Source: a virus. Taken from it: 64,000 nt of DNA. The notes under the pieces were generated by a model. That model did not search any database and was not told the origin of the DNA. It worked only from the letters and a program-made list of their open reading frames with translations. Positions 58,535 through 64,000 of the stretch are shown here, in pieces. The position numbers and the translations under genes were made by a program. The stretch's first letter is position 1. Each line of letters opens with the position of its first letter. Where the stretch lies: positions 32,001 to 96,000 of the IMG/VR virus record IMGVR_UViG_3300032309_001546; one strand, 5' to 3'.

Positions 58535-58731
58535 TAGATCTCCTGGTTGCGGATGATTTCAATTTCTTGACTGATCCGGATATCCCGGACAGCAAGCATC
58601 AAAGTACTGATACGGTCAACTCCCCAGACTGCTTCCAGCATTGCAATCAAGTATGCAATGTTCTCTGCATTTCGGTAGTTGATGTCAAAAAGACGGTTAT
58701 CGACTTTATCCATAGGATCTACGTTTTCCAT
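58534..58731 (-). CDS. hypothetical protein
   Basis: GGAG RBS. Confidence 0.6.
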   Translation of the reverse strand: MENVDPMDKVDNRLFDINYRNAENIAYLIAMLEAVWGVDRISTLMLAVRDIRISQEIEIIRNQEI

Positions 58732-58740
58732 GTTCTTCTC

Positions 58741-59022
58741 CTACTTGATGTCTTCAGCGCGGGCGATTGCCTCTGCTGCGAGAATGATGCATTCAAGGTT
58801 CTCGAAGTTCTTTTCAAGATACTCGATGCGGTTACGGGCCTTACGAGATCCTTCCTTGATTGCGAAGTCTTCATTCCACAGAGGAGCGGTGTCCTGAAGT
58901 AGATTGAATGCACAACGGTACTCTTGGAGCTGGGCCTTTCGACTTTCACGGGTATTAGCCGTAAGGTTGATGTAAGTCAGGTGATGAAAAGTATCGGTAA
59001 TCAGACTCTTTGTCTCGTACAT
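58741..59022 (-). CDS. hypothetical protein
   Basis: GGAGG RBS. Confidence 0.65.
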   Translation of the reverse strand: MYETKSLITDTFHHLTYINLTANTRESRKAQLQEYRCAFNLLQDTAPLWNEDFAIKEGSRKARNRIEYLEKNFENLECIILAAEAIARAEDIK

Positions 59023-59500
59023 TTATTCCTCCGAGGAATTGTTGTTGAACTTGAACTTGCGGCATCCATTCTTAGATTCCTCCTTCCGGGGGTCTCCATG
59101 GTTGCCGTTCTTGAAACCACCGTAAGCAAGCGTCATTGCGGCGCTATCACGACGAGGGACAAACTTATCTTTCTTTACAGTCTTTGACATTGTAACCTAC
59201 AGGTATAAGTAGCTAGAATCAAAGAACATCACTGCTGCGATGATCCAGAAAGCAACGCCGCCATAAAAACTGGCGACGAGAAGGGTTGTTTCAGCAAGGT
59301 TGAAGGTGTGCTCTTCAAACCGCTCCTTGTCAATGTTGAATGTAATCTTCATGACCAGTAACTCCAGCGAAGGATGTCAATGAGGACCATGAATGCGCAA
59401 GCAGCGAATCCAAGTCCACTAAGACAGAAAAAGAACAACGTGCAGAATTGCCAATTGTTCACAGTAACAGCATACTTACCAACTTGAATCTTGTGCATTC

Positions 59501-59647
59501 TTATTCTCCTTCAGGAAACAAACGAAAGAACTTATCCTCTGCCCAGTCTTCAAATGAGAAGTCCAGTTCTCGGTCAAGACCAAGTTCCGCAGCTTCAATC
59601 AACAAGTTATCCTCATTCTTGTCAAACCACTCTTCAAAGTCAATCAT
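59501..59647 (-). CDS. small acidic protein
   Basis: Start MIDFEE with GGAGG RBS. Confidence 0.6.
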   Translation of the reverse strand: MIDFEEWFDKNEDNLLIEAAELGLDRELDFSFEDWAEDKFFRLFPEGE

Positions 59648-59672
59648 GGTGTCCTCCTTAGGACATAAGGGT

Positions 59673-59858
59673 TTAGAATTGTTCGAATGCCTTCTCAGCG
59701 TGAGCAAGCGCAAGGACAAGGCTATCTCTGTAGCCCTCAAGCTCTGGATGGGTTGGTAGTACACCATTTGCCCGCGTAACCAAACTCTTGAGAGTAGATA
59801 CCATGCCTTTCAGCGCATCGTAATCTATTCCACTATGACCAGCATACATCTTCATCAT
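59673..59858 (-). CDS. hypothetical protein
   Basis: GGAG RBS. Confidence 0.6.
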   Translation of the reverse strand: MMKMYAGHSGIDYDALKGMVSTLKSLVTRANGVLPTHPELEGYRDSLVLALAHAEKAFEQF

Positions 59859-59861
59859 GAC

Positions 59862-60068
59862 TTACTCCTCCAAACCAGAGTGATTGAGGAAGTCCCCGAT
59901 AACGGCATGGATAGCGCTGACCTTGTCACCAGCATATCCGTTCCAGTCATGGACTTCCATGCTATTGTCAGCGCGGACATCAAGGCCAAGGATCATGACA
60001 TCTCCCTGGTAGATCTTGATAAACGCAGATCCAGTCTCTATGTTCTTCAAAAAGTCTACAGTCAGCAT
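59862..60068 (-). CDS. hypothetical protein
   Basis: Start MLTVDF with GGAGG RBS. Confidence 0.6.
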   Translation of the reverse strand: MLTVDFLKNIETGSAFIKIYQGDVMILGLDVRADNSMEVHDWNGYAGDKVSAIHAVIGDFLNHSGLEE

Positions 60069-60097
60069 GTTGTCCTCCAAGGACATAAGGGGGAAAG

Positions 60098-60165
60098 TCT
60101 TCCTGATAGGATTCGAACCTATCTGCTAGACCCGCAGAAGGCGGGTTTGCAATACCATAAGGAAG
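60098..60165 (-). ncRNA. tRNA-like element lacking a D arm
   Basis: CTTCCT/AGGAAG stem, ATAGG-TTCGAAT-CCTAT T arm, ACCCGC/GCGGGT hairpin. Confidence 0.45.
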
Positions 60166-60252
60166 TGATTCAGCCTTTGTGGCTACTGGACATGACACCC
60201 AATAGGTTATCCTACCAACGGGCAGGTTACAGGCTGTTGACCTATTGGACTA

Positions 60253-60816
60253 CTAGTTCTCTGGGAAGATGTTTCCCAGCAGAAACTCTTGACATTCCAG
60301 TCGGGAGCTGGGCTCGTAGTAAGGAGCGAGTTCAGGATCACGGGCGTTGACCTTGGCTCTCTTGGCCTTGATCTGTTCCCTGAAATCCTGAAGTTCCTTG
60401 CTGCCCTTCTCCATGCGCATGATAGAGTCTGTCTCGTTAGTGAGGACTTCTCCCCACAACTTCAGACCCTTCTTCAACGTCTCAAGGAACACGGGAGTCA
60501 TGGATACCAGGTGAGCAATCTGGTAGAAGCAATTCTCGTGGACACTGTTCTCCAAAGAGATGCCGACATCTCTCCAGCCAGTGCCATGGTCCCAGTACAG
60601 ACCCTGGAACTCCAAGTCAACTACCTGGATGGTGTTCGGAAAACTGACCTTGAAGGTCGTATCTTCCCACCTCTTGCTCCAGGGGTCCTGTTCCTTAGCG
60701 GAGTAGAAGTTCTTCGTGCTCTTCTGGACAACCTCGATGTTCCAATCATGCTCTTCACAGATACTCTCCAGAGTCTTCTGGATGATAAAGTCAAGGACAA
60801 TGTCTTTCATGTTCAT
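60253..60816 (-). CDS. hypothetical protein
   Basis: Start MNMKDI with GGAG RBS. Confidence 0.7.
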   Translation of the reverse strand: MNMKDIVLDFIIQKTLESICEEHDWNIEVVQKSTKNFYSAKEQDPWSKRWEDTTFKVSFPNTIQVVDLEFQGLYWDHGTGWRDVGISLENSVHENCFYQIAHLVSMTPVFLETLKKGLKLWGEVLTNETDSIMRMEKGSKELQDFREQIKAKRAKVNARDPELAPYYEPSSRLECQEFLLGNIFPEN

Positions 60817-61061
60817 TCTCCAGTAAAGAGGTAACATTACCTCTGAGGTTATAAAAAGTGCTCCAGTTTACAGACATGGAGCAAGGTCACGGGACACCAT
60901 TATTTGTGCTCCCCTATACTAGGCTGTTTCTCACCTAGTAATTCAATCATATGGGAATCGAACCCATAACTAGATATCCATAATGGTATATCTAGCGTCA
61001 CCAGACTAATCAAAAGGGTACGGGTCGTCTTATTTGCTAGCGTGCGAACCCCTTCCCAGTC

Positions 61062-61266
61062 GTTACTAGCGAACTAGTAACCACCCCATGTCTATATAAC
61101 TACTAGGGCAGGGGTCCCTAATAATTAGCCCATGTTTACTCTCATTACTCGCGGCAGGGCTCCGCCAGTAATAAACCCTATGTTTATCTCGTTACTAGAA
61201 GCAAGGGACTAACTAGTAACCACCCCGTGTTCATCTTGTCCATTAGTGGCTGAGGCCCACTAACAG
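61062..61266 (-). ncRNA. tandem array of four H-type pseudoknots plus terminal UUCG hairpin
   Basis: 44-49 nt period, covarying P1 and P2, G-U pairs on minus strand. Confidence 0.7.
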
Positions 61267-61470
61267 CCAGCCTATCTTTATAGCCAGGTTTGCAACCCTG
61301 ACACCCCTAGGTTTCCATGAACGGTAGGCGCGTTCATGTGTTTCTAGAAGGATTAGAAGGTGACGTCTTGCAGTACGAACAATAGGGTTTACATCCCCTA
61401 CTATTCGCAATGTAACCTGCGTGACGCCGTAAACTTGTGAGCATTTTATAGACCTACTCAGGTCTGAGGA

Positions 61471-61677
61471 TTACACGAAGAAGCGACGAGCCACGTGAAC
61501 GGCCTCAATGAGAGACTCAGAACCAGTGCTGGCATCTTCCTCGTATTCCTCGAAATCGACAAACTCTTCAGGACTGTCCGGGCGATGGCTCCAGTCGATG
61601 CGGTCAATGACCTCATCTTCGCTACCGACAGGAATGTTGAAGCAATCCTCAAAAGACACGAACTCAACAGGGACCAT
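61471..61677 (-). CDS. small very acidic protein (possible DNA mimic)
   Basis: GGAG RBS; D/E-rich. Confidence 0.6.
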   Translation of the reverse strand: MVPVEFVSFEDCFNIPVGSEDEVIDRIDWSHRPDSPEEFVDFEEYEEDASTGSESLIEAVHVARRFFV

Positions 61678-61726
61678 GACAGACTCCGTTTGTTACGAAG
61701 ACACACATAATGTCTTCACCATGAAA

Positions 61727-61743
61727 GGCGAGCGCAGCGAGCC
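61727..61743 (+). repeat. GGC-GA-GC-GCA-GC-GA-GCC hairpin motif
   Basis: Same as 62195..62211; flanks CATG(A/T)(A/G)A and TAATA shared. Confidence 0.85.
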
Positions 61744-61762
61744 TAATACTGTGTAGCGGAGT

Positions 61763-61800
61763 AAAAATAAAACCCCAACACATCCTACTGTGCTGGGGTT
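61763..61800 (-). terminator. intrinsic terminator
   Basis: AACCCCAGCACA..TGTGTTGGGGTT then TTATTTTT. Confidence 0.75.
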
Positions 61801-62190
61801 CTATCTCTCTATCTCGCATTAGGACACTAGCAGGGTCACTACTAGTTACGAGTCTATCAGCCCAAGAGGAGGCTTATCCAAATCGTAATGCGGAATTGGC
61901 AACCGCACCTGTCTACTTACACTAGAACCCGACAGGCCCTTTCTAGTGCTTTGATACCCGACAACTACTGGTGTGGTATCTACTGGAGTCTTGAGCCCAG
62001 TCTACTCTCCTCCTGGGTACGCCTAACTAGGCTCACCATGCTCCCCCGAGGTTGGGAACATGGGTACGGGGCGCGTAACTGCCCCTTCCCAGTTTTTATG
62101 TTAAGCGGACTGGGAACCGCCCCTGTCTGATACATACCAGAAGCCGACAGGCCTCATCTGGTACGAGTAGCGGTAGCTACTATCCGCCAT
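61801..62190 (-). ncRNA. candidate structured ncRNA with duplicated double-pseudoknot module
   Basis: No minus-strand ORF; many hairpins; two modules with covarying stems. Confidence 0.6.
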
Positions 62191-62194
62191 GTGA

Positions 62195-62211
62195 GGCGAG
62201 CGCAGCGAGCC
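62195..62211 (+). repeat. GGC-GA-GC-GCA-GC-GA-GCC hairpin motif
   Basis: Exact copy of 61727..61743. Confidence 0.85.
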
Positions 62212-62364
62212 TAATAGAATCCTATTACCTGGACTCTGTCTGGCCATACTAGTAATGCAACTATTTTTGGCCGACCCTAGTAAAGGGGTTTCCCCCCGAG
62301 TAGGGGGGTTTCGTGGGGGTAAAAAAGTTCCCCTCCCACACTGTAAGTGTGAGAGGGGGGTTCT

Positions 62365-62844
62365 CTAGTCCCAGTCGCCAGCAACAGGGGCGGACTTGCG
62401 GGCGGCAGGCTTGGCGGCGGGCTTGGCAGGCCTCGCGGGAGCCTTGGCAGCGGGCTTGGCGGGTGCCTTGGCGGGCTCCTCGACAACACCGTGACGACGC
62501 ATAAGCGCCTTCTCGGTGGCCAAGAGACGAATCTGGGCCTTGCTGTACACGATGAGCCTGGTGGCGTTGTGCCAGGCCTTGTCATCGCTCTGCCAGGACT
62601 CCGTCTCGAGGCCTGCCCCGTCGATGTGCACGAAATTGTACCCGCTCTCGTCCGCCTTTGCGACGAACCAGTTCACGAGCTCCTGGCCGACCAGACGCAC
62701 CCGCGTCCAGTTGGTGTCCTCCGTCCCGTAGGACGAACTGACCGAGAAGTCCGCGTACTTTCCGCTGGCCCCGATCACGGGCTGCTTGCCCATGTAGCCG
62801 AAGCCCGAGACCTTGAGGGTGAGAAACTTGCGATTCTGTTCCAT
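62365..62844 (-). CDS. SSB-like OB-fold protein with PAK-rich linker and acidic tail
   Basis: GYMGKQP, FSVSSS, TNWTRVRLVG, LETESW; start MEQNRK with GGAG RBS. Confidence 0.7.
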   Translation of the reverse strand: MEQNRKFLTLKVSGFGYMGKQPVIGASGKYADFSVSSSYGTEDTNWTRVRLVGQELVNWFVAKADESGYNFVHIDGAGLETESWQSDDKAWHNATRLIVYSKAQIRLLATEKALMRRHGVVEEPAKAPAKPAAKAPARPAKPAAKPAARKSAPVAGDWD

Positions 62845-62889
62845 TGACGTTCTCCGTGGTAAGTGAGCCAAAGGCGGCTCATCATGAAA

Positions 62890-63088
62890 GGCGAGCGCAG
62901 CGATGCCTGTGCTGCGGCGTTGTTGCTGTTGCCTGCGTAGCGCAGCGGAGCAGGCTGTGTTGCTACCTGCGGAGCGCAGCGAAGCAGGGTAACCACGTAG
63001 CGCAGCGGAGTGGTGTGTCCTGTGGTTCTGATGAGCGTAGCGCAGCGGAGTGAATCAGAGGCGAGGACTCGGCGCAGCCCAGCGGAGT
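62890..63088 (+). repeat. cluster of six GC-GCA-GC capped hairpins
   Basis: Units at 62890, 62931, 62966, 62992, 63028, 63071. Confidence 0.9.
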
Positions 63089-63169
63089 ATCTGGACTTTT
63101 TTACGACTATTTGTACTATTTTTGTATTATAGAAAGAATAGCCCATTGCTGGGCTACTCAATCTAATGG

Positions 63170-63940
63170 CTACTTCTTACCCGTGATACGGTTAAGACGT
63201 GCCGCGACACCGGCCTTCTTCTCCGAGGGAGCAGGGGCGGGCTTCTCTTCAGCCTCAACCTCGGCGTCGAAGTCATTGGGATCGATGAAGATAATCTTCA
63301 GGCCCGACTCTTCAGCGTAATCAACCGCATTCTTTGTACCGCCAGTGCTGCCATCCCAGACAGCAATGACGATATCGGCGCAGTCAATCATCTGCATGTT
63401 ACGGCGCTGCATGCAGAACTTGTCTTCGCCATAGGTCTTCTCGCTGACCTGGACGACTTCGCTGGCAACTTCCAGCATGTTCCAGTAGCGCTGCTTGGCT
63501 TCGCGGGGCCACATAGCCTCCTGCTCTACACAGGGGATCATGACCGTGAACGGGATACCCATCTCGTGCGCAATCTCTGCCGCATCCTGGTCAACGCCAA
63601 GGGCACCGCCAGTGATTAGCCAGAGCTTCTCACCGTGCTTGGCAAGACCACGCTCAAGCTGAGCCGCAATCTGTTCACGTACCCAGATGCGCTTCTCCGC
63701 ATTGGGATTGTATCCGCCGATCTTGTCGGGACGGTGACCAGTGAAGGCCACAAAGAAGTACTCCGTCTCTTCGGCTTCAACTTCCTCAGTTGCAGCCGCG
63801 ATCTTAACCTTGAAGGGATCGACATACAGCATACCGGGCTTGTAGTCTGCATACCCTTCGGGGCGGTTGTTGTGGGTAGACTTCGCGCCCGCAGGAGGAT
63901 TCGGCAGAGTGCTGACATCCCGCTTCTGGATGTAAAGCAT
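63170..63940 (-). CDS. SLOG-superfamily protein (YspA/DUF1273-like)
   Basis: AFTGHRP, TGGALGVDQ, RRNMQMID, AVWDGSTGGT. Confidence 0.85.
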   Translation of the reverse strand: MLYIQKRDVSTLPNPPAGAKSTHNNRPEGYADYKPGMLYVDPFKVKIAAATEEVEAEETEYFFVAFTGHRPDKIGGYNPNAEKRIWVREQIAAQLERGLAKHGEKLWLITGGALGVDQDAAEIAHEMGIPFTVMIPCVEQEAMWPREAKQRYWNMLEVASEVVQVSEKTYGEDKFCMQRRNMQMIDCADIVIAVWDGSTGGTKNAVDYAEESGLKIIFIDPNDFDAEVEAEEKPAPAPSEKKAGVAARLNRITGKK

Positions 63941-64000
63941 TACTCCATCAAGTCGGGCTTCGTCATACCAGGCTTGAGGGCCCTTCTGGCGGATCTGCCA

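Noticed and set aside
61062-61266. CRISPR array
   Set aside because: No identical repeats with unique spacers; conservation is structural, and no cas1/cas2 present
62285-62360. G-quadruplex at G-rich runs
   Set aside because: Runs are mostly explained by complementary C-runs forming terminator-like hairpins after the SSB-like gene
62775-63161. 128-aa ORF with LRCA/LRYA repeats
   Set aside because: Peptide repeats are a by-product of the GCGCAGC hairpins; no RBS; overlaps the SSB-like gene
1-64000. Stop-codon reassignment
   Set aside because: Conserved enzymes are full length in the standard code, TAA/TAG/TGA all end genes, and no suppressor tRNA was found

Overview
Part of a large tailed-phage genome; essentially every real gene is on the minus strand. 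Read in transcription order (right to left): (i) 56.5-64 kb is a visibly more GC-rich, probably early region with small ORFs, two SSB-type genes, a SLOG/YspA protein and about 1.3 kb of non-coding DNA packed with covarying RNA pseudoknots and strand-specific GC-GCA-GC DNA hairpins; (ii) about 56.1-56.45 kb is an iterated non-coding block (possible origin or terminus); (iii) 28-56 kb holds accessory genes, tRNAs (including a tRNA-Leu(UAA) split by a group IC3 intron carrying an HNH endonuclease, and an atypical CAU tRNA beside tilS), UV-repair genes and an AAA/VWA module; (iv) 1-28 kb holds nucleotide metabolism and replication genes (nrdJ, thyX, GMP reductase/IMPDH, speD, recA, phoH, a Whirly-like protein, SpoVG, a second AAA/VWA module, an intein-less split dnaE, Cas4-like nuclease, sigma70, primase). 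The best candidates for undescribed biology are the early-region pseudoknot arrays, the template-strand GNA-triloop hairpin family, the intein-less split DnaE with a duplicated palm segment, the endonuclease-bearing tRNA intron and the Whirly-like protein. All protein calls are from recognised motifs by eye; no database searches were run.
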